A DNA stretch of 64,000 nucleotides from Dicyema japonicum. Lineage: Eukaryota; Animalia; Dicyemida. Positions 36,814 to 49,139 of the stretch are shown piece by piece. The notes below the pieces were generated by a model. That model worked only from the letters and a program-made list of their open reading frames with translations. It did no database searches and was not told the origin of the DNA. The stretch's first letter is position 1. Each line of letters begins with the position of its first letter. The stretch lies in NCBI GenBank assembly GCA_011109175.1, contig RDEW01000011.1, positions 992,612-1,056,611 on the forward strand. Direction: 5' to 3'. Made by a program: the position numbers and the translations under genes.

Positions 36814-39663
36814 TTATTATTATTATTATTACCCCCAGGATCACTGGGTCAAAGAGAAAGAAATAAAAGTTCTCATCTAACTAAGTGATCCCAGACAGAC
36901 AAAGGTGAGGACGAGTCCGGCGAGGTCGAGAATCCTGAACAGCTCTTCTCATTGGACATGGCATCGGCTCAAAATTTCTGTATGATTGTAGATAATTCGA
37001 TAGTATTTGAAATAGAGGGCAGCTCGATAGAACAGCCTCCTTTAATAGTTTCCGTTGTAGTTCAATTAAAAAGTTTTCAATAGGTTGGATATTGTTATCT
37101 GGTCCAATTAACCTTATTGCAGTCTCTTCGATTGCAGATAATTTCAATGAGGAAGATAGTGACATTTGCTTTGCCCATGAAGGACTTGCATACGTCATCG
37201 TTGGTCGATAAATTGTTTGTAGATCGTGGCAAGGATCCCAGTTTGATCTCTAAGTGTTTTTGAGAGCACTTTTAAAATTCTTATTTTTTTCAGAGCAGAA
37301 GTTATTTGTTTTCAACATACCGTATAAAGGTAAGTCTCTGATCAAAAGTTACTCACAGAATCTTCGGTGTTTTGTTAATAGAGATACCTTCGTTCTTCAT
37401 AAAGATTTTTGGTTCGATACAGAGCTGTCTCTTGTAGGTGGTAAACAGTGTGACAAAGGACTTTGCTGCTGATGTGTCAAGTCTCCGCTTCGAGAGCCAT
37501 AGTTCCAAGTTGTCGAGCATTTGTTGAGCCAACTGAGTCGCTGATTGAATGCTTCTGTTCTTGGAGGCAAAAATGATATCGTCGGCATAGGAGAGGATTA
37601 GACAGTTTTCATTACAGGTTTGTGGCATGTCGTTTATGTAGAGATTGAAGAGTAGGGGTGATAGTGGTGAGCCTTGAGGGACTCCATTTAGGAAATAGCG
37701 AGATCTTGATTTGATGTTGTTGCAGAGTACTTGTGCTCGTCTTCCATTTAGGAAGTTTCCAAGCCAAAGTTTCAGGTTCGGATAGATGTTGGTTTCGTAT
37801 ATTTTCTTTGTTGGGAGTTTCCTAGTGACTGAGTCGAACGTTTTTGTGATGTCCACGGATATAATTACTGTCCTCTGATGGGGTTTGGGGGAGTTAAATC
37901 CTTCCGCAATGAATTGTGTGAGGGTTGTAAGATGTGTTGTTGTCGAATGGTTATCTTGGTATCCGTGCTGGGTCGGAGGTATTGAGATTGAATCTTGTAT
38001 TTTTTCCAAAACAAGCCTTTCAAGGATTCTTGAGACCGGATTTAGAATAGATATTGGGCGATAGGAAAATGGTTCATCTATTGGTTTGTTGGGTTTTCGG
38101 ATAGGTCTGATTAGAGACTTCTTCCATATTCCAGGGATTGTATTTGTGTTAATGGATAGGTTTAAGATATAGGCTGATAGTTCCAGGGCTCGATGGTCTA
38201 GGTGCTTCAGTTCACATGTGGTTATGTTGTCTGGTTCTTTGGCCTCTGAGTTGTTGGCCTTGGATATGGCTCTGCGAACATCCTGACTAGTAAATAGGAT
38301 CCAGTCATCGGAGCGTTTCGGTTCAATCTTTTTCAGGAATACTTGGTGTTCTTTTGAAAACTTCCTGTAGGATATTGATGTGTAATATTTTATCAGAGTG
38401 TCTGGTTTTATGTAGACTTCGACTTTTCTCTCTGGGGAGGGTCTTTTGATGTTTTTGATCCACTTCCACACTCTTTGCATTGGGGGGTTTTTGTAGAGAG
38501 CTTTCGATCTGTCTTTATGTTGTTGTCGATCTCTCTGTTCAATTCTCGTATTTTCCTGATGTTCTCTTCTGTTGGCGATTTTACCATCTTTAGATTATTT
38601 CGTTCTCTGATCAGATGTTTCGTCGTTGTGTTAAAACGTTTTGATGACGTTGGTTGTCTCCCCATAGGAATGTACTTCTTTTTCGCATCGTTTATAATGG
38701 AGTTGAACCATTTCACTAATTGTTCGACGGAGGGAAAAGTGGAGAAATTTAATAGTCCAATACAATTGTCGACGTATTCCTTGAATCCTTTCCAATTCGC
38801 AAAGCTGTAGTTAGTTATTGTTGGGCATTGTCCTTTTATTCGTGACCTTGTTTTGACCTCCAGAAATATTGGGTTGTGGTCACTACTGGTGTCATACTTC
38901 ACTGACCAGTCAATAAGTGGGGCCAAGGACGGTGGTGACAATGAGATGTCGATAGAAGAAGGTTTATCATTACGTCGAATAGGTGTTCTTGTATGAGATG
39001 CAGGATCGTTGAGTATACATAGGCTGTGGAGGTACTCAATTATCATCTTCCCTCTTTTGTCGTAGGTTTGTCCTGTCAGCCACAGTTGGTGCTTCGCATT
39101 GAAGTCACCACAGATAATCACATCCTTTAGTGACGCGAGAGGAGTGAGTCTGGGGGCACTGGACGAGCAGGAACTCAGTGGTGGGAGATATGCGTTGACA
39201 ATTGTTATTGATAGTCTTGGGAATCGTATTTTGGTAACCAAAAGTTTGAGATTTCCATATCCTTTAAGCATAGTGTAAGCACTGTTGGTTATGTCCTCAA
39301 ACGGAATGCCGTTGTGGATAACTGTGAGAAGACCCTTACCAAGTTTGCCAATTCTGTCACGGCGAATTACTGTGAATCCCGGAAATACTGGTGTTGAATT
39401 CTTTGGAGAAAGTTTAGATTCTTGAATTAGCAACAGATCAATGTGATTTTCTTTCACAAATGTCAGAAGTTCGAGTATTTTGTTCTTGATTCCATTTATG
39501 TTCAGTTGGACTATTCTGGCAAGTCCAGAGTTTGCCTCAACGTCCCCGCAGCGGCGCAGGCCTTCCTTATTGGTCCACCCGTTAAGATAGGGAAAAGTGT
39601 GGTTTTTTTTTCAAATGCCACCACGTCGTCGGCGAGCCACATGACATTTTTTTCAGCATTTAA
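36814..39663 (-). mobile_element. Apparently full-length 2.85-kb APE-RT element (Ingi/Vingi-like, no RNase H seen)
   Basis: 11-bp TSD ccagcatttta at 36803-36813 and 39664-39674. 2A-like CGDVEANSGL, 349-aa APE ORF, 375-aa RT ORF (GVPQGSPLSP, YADD), and a (TAA)n tail. Confidence 0.92.
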
Positions 39664-40370
39664 CCAGCATTTTACTATGAGTTTGAAAGCTTCTCGTTGC
39701 AATTATACACGGCTTAATAAAAAGACATTTATTAACAATAAAATATTATTTATTAACTATGGGGGAGAGCGGCTGTTGACATTACGGAGTAAGCGTTTCC
39801 GTGGACAACTGCGATCCCAATTCGTTGCCTCAGCCAGACCGCTTCCCGCACGTCTTTCTTGCAGTGGACCAATTTCCCCCCGAAAGGCTTAATTGTTTAC
39901 AAATATTCGAAATTTTGAGATATAAAGACAAGAATAATACTACATCGTGGCAAACAATCGCTCACAGATTTTCTGTCGAATTACAAAAAAAAACAGTGAA
40001 TAATATTCTTAATTCCCGAGAGTCCATATTAAACAAATATAAAACTTATTTTCCTTCATCAAAGACATGTAAATCGTTAAAATTTCCTGAACTTGATACT
40101 AAGCTTGTTGAATGAATGTATTTGATTGAATCTAAGGGTATTTTTTAATTTTTTAACTGTCAAATACACTAGAATTATCAATTCCGAAGCTTTTGAATTC
40201 AGTTTTGTATGTTAACACAGGTCACAAAAACTTGATACTAAGCTTGTTGAATGAATGTATTTGATTGAATCTAAGGGTATTTTTTAATTTTTTAACTGTC
40301 AAATACACTAGAATTATCAATTCCGAAGCTTTTGAATTCAGTTTTGTATGTTAACACAGGTCACAAATGC
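39664..40370 (+). mobile_element. pogo/Tigger transposase 5' fragment
   Basis: RLNCLQIFEILRY...IAHRFSVELQKKTVNNIL...KFPELDTKLVE. Paralogue of 45876-46420. Confidence 0.8.
39719..39885 (-). mobile_element. 167-bp 5'-truncated CRE stub inside the pogo ORF
   Basis: TSD ggcttaat at 39711-39718 and 39886-39893. Encodes REAVWLRQRIGIAVVHGNAYSV*. The empty site is seen at about 45920. Confidence 0.85.
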
Positions 40371-40379
40371 ACCTGTAGA

Positions 40380-41000
40380 ACCAGACAGCATTCTCAGTAG
40401 AGCATTCTCTGTCATGGAGGCAAAAATTTCTTGACTTTAAGAGATATTCGGTTGATGATAATCAAAGATAACACCCTTCTTATTGTTTTCAGTAATATCA
40501 CTGGCCTCAGATTTTGTAATGGTCGTTTTCTTTTTCCTGGTTTATTCAAAAGGACTAAAATCCCATCTCCAAGCTTCAAAAGAGAATTTTTTCATATACG
40601 TAGTTGAATATTTTTGTTATAAGAGCTATGCTTTTTATGGTAGCATATTTAATCATCTCTCCATGTATATTATTCAGCAGTTAGTTAATGATGGGCACGT
40701 GAGTCTCATCAATACTAATTGGTAGATTTAAGTTACTCGATGATTTCTCAAATGGATAATAGCTTCCATTTCTGTTCAATCGTTTACAAAAATGGTCAGC
40801 ACTAATCTCAGTTTTTTTATTGTCGACTACAATTTCTGATCGCCTTAAACAAAAATTTTTATAGGTTGGATACTCATTTGTAATAAACGAACAAGGAACA
40901 TTTAGTCCCTCCCATATCTCAATTTTTCAATTTCTTGGAAACGTTAGTCAATTTTCCTGACATACATTTACCTTTTTATTTTCTTTATCTCATAATCCGG
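40380..41000 (-). mobile_element. RTE RT fragment
   Basis: GDGILVLLNKPGKRKRPLQNLRPVILLKTIRRVLS. Confidence 0.7.
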
Positions 41001-41029
41001 TTCCTCTCTCTACTTAAGTAAACAAAAAA

Positions 41030-41372
41030 ATTAATTTTTTTTAATAAAATAATTTTTTAGCAAAGAAACAAATGTCAGTTGAGGAAGCCTGCTGCGTGAA
41101 TTGCGAACGAGTTCCCTCGGAGTATGGCCAATCCAATCTTTTGTCTTAGCCATAACCCTTTTCGTTGATCCCTTTTCTTTCTGGCAAGCATTCCTCCGAG
41201 TTCTCACAAGAACTCAGCCGTCATTTGACCAACGGCTCCTGATGATTCGGTCGCAACAGGAGTAAATCGGTAGCGGTCCCCGAGGTCCGAATATTTCTTG
41301 ATTTTTAGGTTCTCCGCAGTCGAAGCAGCTGCTCCATGTGTCTGAACCGATTAGAAAATATTCGTGCTTGAA
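41030..41372 (-). mobile_element. CRE 3' stub of the 2162-3696 family
   Basis: High-identity reverse complement of about 3355-3690. Confidence 0.88.
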
Positions 41373-41760
41373 AAAAATAATTAATTCTAAAGCTGGACAC
41401 TACTGAAGAAATTTAAAATTTTCGTGTCTGTCGTCATCTAATAATAACACTACTTTAGAAATTTAAAATTTTCGACCTCTTAGTGACTAACCCACATGAG
41501 CATTATCATATCCTGGAGGTTCCCAACCTTTACTCAGATATCATGATAATCTCATGTTACCTAATTCGGACTTAACTAAAGAAATTGAAATATGCATAAA
41601 AAACCGATTGCGGACAAACACACAAACTTAATAACTAATCTCAGCATTAAGGAATTATCACCTACGATTTGTAGAAAAAGTTATTTATTTCAAAGGGACA
41701 TGAACTGGAAAATTGTGATAATTATATTTTAAAAAGATTATAACAATATAAACCACCACA

Positions 41761-44195
41761 TTAACACCCACTCATTTCCTTATCGGCTAAATAAATTAGT
41801 AAATCATCATGTTCATTCTTCAAATGTTCATACCACAATCTCATCTGTTGTGCCTCATCATTCTTAGTATAATACGCTGACTGCCAGTTCTACAAATCAC
41901 AATCAACAATAACCTGCAAATCAAAACTTAGTGACTCCAATTGGCCCTCAATCCATGAAATATTAGATTTTAGTCTTTCAATCTCGTTTTCTAAAGTAGT
42001 CTTCTCAGTCTTTAATCTCTCAATTTCTTCTTGTCCTACTGATTTTTTATTAATATTTGTTAGCTGCAGGTCCTCACTACAGCCTCGATTCTCAGAGCCA
42101 ATTTCGTCCATTTTTGCTTTTATATTATTACATCAGTTAAACCACGTGTCATAATCACAGCATCAACAAACTTTGGGTCCAAACTAAGCGAATCTTGATC
42201 AACGTGAATATCCTTAGAAGCACAACATCCTAAAAACACACTAGAATGACAAAAAAGGTATATTCTATCCAAAAAGCAAGTGGTTGAACCACAACCTCGA
42301 ATCACAAACTCAACAATGTCATTCCTAATTTTAATTTATGACATCCACCTTTTATATCCAACCACTGAATCTTCATTATAAACCACCAATAATGCCAGCA
42401 ATACAGAACAAATCCCAGTTTTAAGAGAATCGGGTTCCCCACTACAGACTCGTCCTATCAACTACAATAAGCCTACTTCATTACAAAATTCATAAATTTA
42501 TCCATCTTAAGCATTGACTCCACCGCTTTAGGACAGTCTCGTACCCACGTGGATAACAAAGAAATTAGTCCGCCAGTAACAAACAGAGAAATATCTTTCA
42601 TAACAATCTCAGCACAGTGACACATCAGCAGAGAAGGTGGAAGGTGAGGACTGGTGGACAGCTGGACTCGCAGTAAGTCAGTTTTTAACTCATTTTTATC
42701 ACAAAGACAGCTGGAAATAATCACTGCGCTCAGAAACACGGAAAGATTATCAGAACTGAGCAGCCCACTGCACAGTTTTTTCCCAGCAGATATAAAATTA
42801 TCTGAACTAACCCAAGTCACTCACTCTTAACAGCAGCAGCGGGTAGAAATGTCTCAATTATTGAAGTTTTGGCCTCTTCGTTATTAAGAAGAAAAGATCG
42901 TAGACAATTTGTGAGTGATATACGGACACTAGTTGACCTCTCAGAGTCCATAATCCAAGTTGTCAAAGTCGTTGATGGAGTTCTCGTAGTTAAAAAAAGA
43001 ATACTTTCCAGATAATGGAAGAAAGGAGTTTTCGAAAATTTTCTGACAAAATTTGGAACCTCTAATAAGAGGACAAATTGTATCCAAAAACTGAATGCTC
43101 AGAATAAAAACAACCAGAGAGAAGAGATCATGTGGAAGGTCGGCACGGAAGGTCAACTCAACGATAACTTTAAGGAGGCCTGATTGAGCTATTGTGGTTT
43201 GAAAGTTTTGAATATTTAATTTGGTGTTATTTTCGTTCACAATTTCATCCAAAATCTATCAGATTATAAGCACGTGAACTTGTAGCAATTTTTCAACACA
43301 TGTGATGCTAATAAAGCCAAATTCATTGAGATTTAAAAATAGTATGAAATCTCTTAAATAGTTTCCCTCTACAAGTGTAGTCTTATTGGAAGAATTCGAC
43401 AATATCAAATTGAGAATCAACTGTAAGGCCGACTCAACCATATGTCCTTAAATATAATAAAATAATAACCCCCATTGGAGAAACCTTCCAGTTTTATCAT
43501 ATTCAAAGCCCTTGTAAAACCATTGTGGAAGACAATCAGTTTCTTTATCTCATCATCACACGTGGACAGAAGCACCAACAAATTGAGCGTCGAGCAACGA
43601 ATGTAATCCCAATTATCCTCCAGTAGGTCGGTAAGCACAGAAAACACAGAGGATGAACTGTCGAACATCAACATTCCTAATTTCGAAGGAAACCGATTAG
43701 AGAGATTGTAGAGAACCTGAAGAGAGTAGCGACGGATATTTTTGTCGGGGTTCTGGTGGTTATATGATAATTACTGTGAGTGCATTCATAACAGAAAATA
43801 AGACTGGTGTAGAGTAGATTATGGATTTTTGACAAATAAAACTGATAGAGTTATCATCTTTATTATAAAGTTAACAAACCCTGATTCTCATCGGACATTA
43901 CATCAATCAACAAACGAAAGCACAACGACAACATCTCAGTAATTTCCCTTAACATTAATTAATAAAACAACGAATCTTGTAATAACACTTTGAGTATAAT
44001 TTCCACGTGATCGTCATGAATTAAGGCAATATAGTCTTTCACCAGTGTTAACAGAGATTTCAAAGAGTCCCGTCTGTCTTGTAACTGAGAACACGTGTTA
44101 AGACGGGAAAATAACTGATTTATCTTTAATAATGAGCTTTAAGTTACAATTTGTTCTGGTTGGCTGTCATTCTTGTCAGATGACTTATTCCACAT
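41761..44195 (-). CDS. USO1: Vesicular transport factor p115/USO1
   Basis: LQDRRDSLKSL, DLLEDNWDYIR, FHNGFTRAL..EG..GG, SAGKKLCSGL, LLSTWVRDCPKAV, and C-terminal EHDDLLIYLAD. Thirteen GT-AG introns of 22-26 nt. Confidence 0.92.
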
Positions 44196-44439
44196 ATTAT
44201 AAATAAAGGACATTTAAACAACAAAATAGTGTTACGTTATTTGATTTTCATTAATTAAAAAATTTTTAAATTATTTTTACATAATTTATATTTAAATATT
44301 ATTTAGTTTCTCATAAAATGATAAACAATATGAAAGTTTTCTTTATAAAATTTGATTTAAGATGTAATGGTTCACTTCGCGATGTCATTTGGATGTGTTT
44401 ATGTTTTACATAGCACTCAGAAAAAAAGAGTCGCTTACT

Positions 44440-44900
44440 TCCACTATCGGTTTTTCCAAAGGAGTACTCGATGGCGGCTGTCGAGCAGGCACTAAAATTT
44501 CGCTCCAATGAGATCCTCCAAACGTCGGAAGATATCGACTCAAACCACGGACCGAACAAAATTAGAATCCTACAACTGAATATCATTGGAATTATACCAA
44601 GTACACTGAGCTCGCAGACTAGCTAGCGAGACACAAAATTGATATTGCATTTTCTGCAAGAATCCAGACTATCCATCATTTCGCATACACTGAGATTTAC
44701 AGACTACTCACTTTTGTGGGTTGGTCGCCTCATGCATTCTTTCCTCCCTTTCATCTACACTACCCGCCATACAAAAATGCAAGCATCAGGTAACCACATC
44801 TAAGTAATTACCATTGCACTATGTCTTATTCGTATTCCTTACCGACTTCTCCGTTCACTCTGGGATCTTTTAATTGCAGAAGACTTAAATAACCTTACAG
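44440..44900 (+). mobile_element. 5' stub of a 2A-APE element
   Basis: ATG 44471 opens MAAVEQALKFRSNEILQTSEDIDSNHGP, then the APE start KIRILQLNI. Confidence 0.7.
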
Positions 44901-44929
44901 AAACACCAACTGGCATCTAACAAAATATG

Positions 44930-45090
44930 ACATTTGATTAGCTGTGTTACAATAGTGTGGGCAGCATCTGACATTATAATGGAAATGGCGGACACATGGA
45001 CTACCTAGAAAACTAATGCGCAACGGAAGATCATGGTCGGAGCTGACGGAGAGGATGATTTGGAATACGGCACAATGGAAACTTAACTAA
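44930..45090 (+). mobile_element. RTE 3' stub
   Basis: NGRSWSELTERMIW resembles RTE C-termini in this window. Confidence 0.4.
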
Positions 45091-45124
45091 TTTTATGTTT
45101 TCTCAGGAGTGTTTTTTAATAATA

Positions 45125-45881
45125 ATATAGGAAAGAAAAGGCATTAAATGGTCATATGTCAGGTGCCTTGACTGTGTGGCTATTCACTCTCAGGATGGAG
45201 AACGAGATTCGCTCAAATAACCAGAAGCGCTCACGAGGGTCTCCTAATCGTGTAGCGATCCGATTCCCTAGATGACTCAAGAATAGCGATGCAGGTGCAA
45301 GGGAACCAAACGTCTCAACGGCGAGTGGAACGAACAAAAATCATTGGGTAGGACCGTGTACTTTTCCCGTTTCAACCTCTCGGCCTTCTCAGCAGAAAAA
45401 CAGGCTCCAGAGGCACTCAGGAGTAGGTTACAAGAGGCAAACGCGTCGTTGCAGGTGACGTCCCAGACAAGAGGTTTCCCGACTTTAAAAAGGAAGATTG
45501 TCATCCCATCTGGTCGTTTTCAGTCCCGCCTGCAAAGACCTACTGGTTCGAGCGTGGAGGAGTGTCCAGTGGCGTCCAAAGCTCGTTTAAAACTTCGTTC
45601 AAGGCCACGAGTCTGGAAAATCTGCCTGCGCTCTTTTTGCAGGAGCCAAAACTGTCGATCTGGTCTTCACATCGGCACGGATATGGAACACAGACTTTTA
45701 ATCCCAGTTGTAATGAGATTTTAATGCGGAAGGTACTCAACTCATCATCCAGGAAGGTACCCAAAACTCCTTTGGGAAAAGCGTTGAGCCACGCACCGCT
45801 GTCGGAGGACGCTCCCGACAACAAACAAGCATGGCGATTTTGGCTAGATGACACCAGCAAATCTTCTAAAGAATTCCAGCA
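45125..45881 (-). mobile_element. CRE 3' fragment
   Basis: SGAWLNAFP, PLVWDVTC, FVPLAVETFG, WLFERIS. Confidence 0.85.
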
Positions 45882-46420
45882 TTTTACCATGTGTTCGAAA
45901 ACTTCTCGTTGCAATTATACAAGGCTTAATTGTTTCCAAAAATTCGAAATTTTGAGATTTAAAGACAAGAATAATATTACATCGTTCCAAACAATCGCTC
46001 ACAGATTTTCTGATTTATTTAATATTTGAATTTCAAGAATAACAGTGAATAATAATCTTAATTCCTGAGAGTCCATATTAAAAACATCTAAAAATTATAT
46101 TCCTTCAACAAAGACATGCAAATTGTTAAAATTTCCTGAACTTGTTACTAAGCTTGTTGAATTGATGTATTTGATGGAATCTAAGGGTATTTTTAATTTG
46201 TTTTTTGTTTGAAGCTTTGTTAACTGATGCACTAACATCAAATAAAGCACAAAATATTGCTGAAAAGTTAACAACTAGTGATTTCAAGAATTCAAAAGGA
46301 TTTCTTACAAGATTCAAAAAAAAGAAATGGTTTTCGAATGTATAAATTACATGGGGACATTATAACTACAAACACCTGACCTAGAAAACATCGGTAATTA
46401 TAACTGACAACAATTTTGAT
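45876..46420 (+). mobile_element. pogo/Tigger transposase 5' fragment
   Basis: psq/CENP-B HTH, FPEL..KL, RFKK-like GFRMYKLHG. Confidence 0.78.
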
Positions 46421-46500
46421 AAAAAATAATTTTTTACTTTAATGGTTTTTTAAATAATTTTTTTTTCAAATTCCCAAATTGGCCACAAATAGTTCAGGAA

Positions 46501-46716
46501 CAATTTTGGGCCAATTTATGGGACCCCCTACTGTATTAACAATCCCAAGCTTACAATTTTGGGCCAATTTAAGGGACCCTACTATATTAACAATCCCAAG
46601 CTTACAATTTTGGGCCAATTTAAGGGACCCTACTGTATTAACAATCCCAAGCTTACAATTTTGGGCCAATTTAAGGGACCCTACTGTATTAACAATCCCA
46701 AGCTTACAATTTTGGG
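46501..46716. repeat. 51-bp minisatellite, about 4.2 units
   Basis: Units start at 46501 (53 bp), 46554, 46605, 46656 and 46707 (partial). Confidence 0.95.
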
Positions 46717-47044
46717 TAAACTCAGCAACAATCACAATTAATTAATCTAAGAGGGAGCACAAGGGAGAGAGTAATTTATCTCTTGGACAAATTCCATGAA
46801 AATCGAAGCTATGAAAAAAAAGTTTTTTTTAAGTTAAGGAACGATGATCCGTAAGAACCGAGAAGCGTACCAGTGTGACTACGAGCATCCAGATATACGA
46901 TCGCTCGTGTGGGTTCAAAGAACAAGGCCAAGCTAAAGTCTCTGTTGGACCGTGCTGGTATCACATGAGTAGCTAGTTTGGCGTTACCATGGTCTTTGAA
47001 ATTTATCATTTCAAGGAGAACGTTTGCTTGTGTTGACCAAATTC

Positions 47045-47310
47045 ATTCTCTAATACTCTATTAGAAGTAGGTCTGGTCTCTCCCACTTTCATCACGCGTC
47101 CTAGTGTCGGAGAAATAACCTCATTCTTAGGCTGAAGAGTTTTCATAATGGTAATCTTCAACAGTGGAGTTGGTCAGGAAGAAGGTAGGAAGATCCCCTA
47201 CAACAACTGTATCGTGCTAAAAGGAGTCGTCGCCTCAAGGGTGCACAAGAATTGACCTTCACTGAAAATTCCATCTTTCGGATTCTAAACTTAGACTTCA
47301 GATCCTATGT
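47045..47310 (-). repeat. Unclassified diverged repeat; inverted partner at 48540-48780
   Basis: Shared gatgacat.ggatctgaag...aatccgaaagatgga...aggtcaattc...gaggcgacga...gatcttcctac...gacctacttct. Confidence 0.6.
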
Positions 47311-47612
47311 CATCACTCGTTACGAACCCTAACCTAAGCACAGTGATCCGGGGGACATTGTCCGAGGAGCTGAGGTCGATTCCAGAACTCGTCATCAGAA
47401 AACGAAATTGTCTCCAGATGGAATGAATCGATAGATCCTTTTAAATGCCGACCAGGCATTGTACGTCTCCTGAGTATTGTGGATCCAATTACGCCATCAT
47501 AAGGAAGGAAGAGAAATTTTCAATCACCACATGTCACCACGCAGCTTCACTTTATTGGTTAAAGGCGTGGCATTTAATGTTTGGTTTTTATTTATTTAAA
47601 ATTGTTAAATAA

Positions 47613-48435
47613 TTATAAGTTTTGAGGAATATCTCTTACTTTATTCGAATGGGTTGTAATCTGAACTGAAATATTGATTTCTTTAAATTCTTCAAATAAT
47701 GTCCCCAAATATGAATAAATCATCAAAAACAAAATCCATTCAAAAAAGGCAGACACGCTTTTAATCATCTACAAATAAAATTTTGTATAAATTTTACATC
47801 ACTTTTACTGGATATGAACAATAGACCAATGTCTTCATTAAAATAACAATTTTACGGATTATTAGGGAAATCAAAGAAGTCGAAGATATAATCCACTTCA
47901 AAATCCAGATATGGTCTTTTAGTTGACAGGATACCGCTGAAAATACTAAGAAAGCCATAGAACTTCCCGTAAATCCCATAACCGCACTAAAAGTGTGAAC
48001 CATCGACAGTGGTTTTTCCTAATTAAAAGCAATTTTAGTGAAATACCTGGAAATTAATGACTGTAATGAACCCAAGGGCACAAATGACAAACAGAACACA
48101 AGCAATATTGTTTCCTAACTGAGGTTTTTGAGCCAATTTGAGTTTTCTTCGATTATTTACAAAATGTATGAAAAAGGCAAAGTAAGCTACAAAATGAATC
48201 AATCAGTATGACCAAGTAGCACAGAAAAATTCATAAAAAGTGAAAACAAGGAACTCTGAGGCCTCTGTGAAAAAAGATCACTTGCATTCATGGATATTTG
48301 ATACCTGATGTAGGGAATAGTTGAAAATGTTCCCTTTGGGGTGGTTTCTTGTTCCCAAATAAAAGTTCCAAAAAGTGCGATAAATCCTGATATCGTAGAT
48401 ACTGTGATTATGTGTCTAATATTATTCTCAATCAT
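47613..48435 (-). CDS. DRAM: DRAM/TMEM150 (Frag1/DRAM/Sfk1) membrane protein
   Basis: Five introns of 23-29 nt give PYISD, LFSLFMNFS, VINFQE...VH, SAFFEW and FEEFKEINI. Confidence 0.85.
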
Positions 48436-48539
48436 TTAAATTTAGAATGACATTACTTTTTATTGAAAAATAATTTACGTATATTTTATGGTGATTATGC
48501 AACTCTTTTAGACTAACTTGGACCTTCTGACTGAACGTC

Positions 48540-48780
48540 TGATGACATCGGATCTGAAGATAGTGGTTCGAATCCGAAAGATGGAGTGTTAAGCAAAGGT
48601 CAATTCCACTAACGAGGCGACGAGTCTTTCTGGCGCGACACAGTAATTGAAATGGATCTTCCTACTTTTTCTCTAACCAAATCCTCTCATTGAAAACTCT
48701 TCCGTAGAAGAATGATGTCCGCGACGGTATGACGTGCGATGAAAATGGATGAAAGCGGACCTACTTCTCCACCTCTCTTC
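48540..48780 (+). repeat. Diverged inverted partner of 47045-47310
   Basis: See 47045-47310. Confidence 0.6.
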
Positions 48781-49139
48781 TTAAGCAGAAGTCTGTAATT
48801 TACTATTGGAAGATGGATTTGGTTAACACAAGCATATGTTCTCCCTTGGGTTCCTTTCATGGATTAATTAGTTATGAATAGGGCAATTTTTTATGGCAAC
48901 TAAAATTTCCAAAATGGCATCTAACAATGAATAACATGACTATCGTAAAATTTATAAATTGACCAATTATTTTTTTTATTTATTATAAAACATAATTATG
49001 TATTTTTCAACATTATTTTTATTAAAATTTCTCTCTTTTTTTAGAGAGTTTCAATAGCTCACTCAAAACTGCGCAAAGCTGCAGTATAGTTAAATACACT
49101 TTGATAAAAAAATTTTTTATTTTTAACTACACAAAAAGT

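Noticed and set aside
40090-40368. 140-bp tandem duplication in pogo
   Set aside because: Identical copies, same pattern as the other overlap artefacts.
45562-46029. 155-aa plus-strand ORF
   Set aside because: Antisense CRE sequence running into the pogo start. No evidence of a real fusion gene.
46501-46716. CRISPR-like array or 17-aa repeat protein
   Set aside because: No spacers and a eukaryotic context. The ORFs are a by-product of the 3n unit length.
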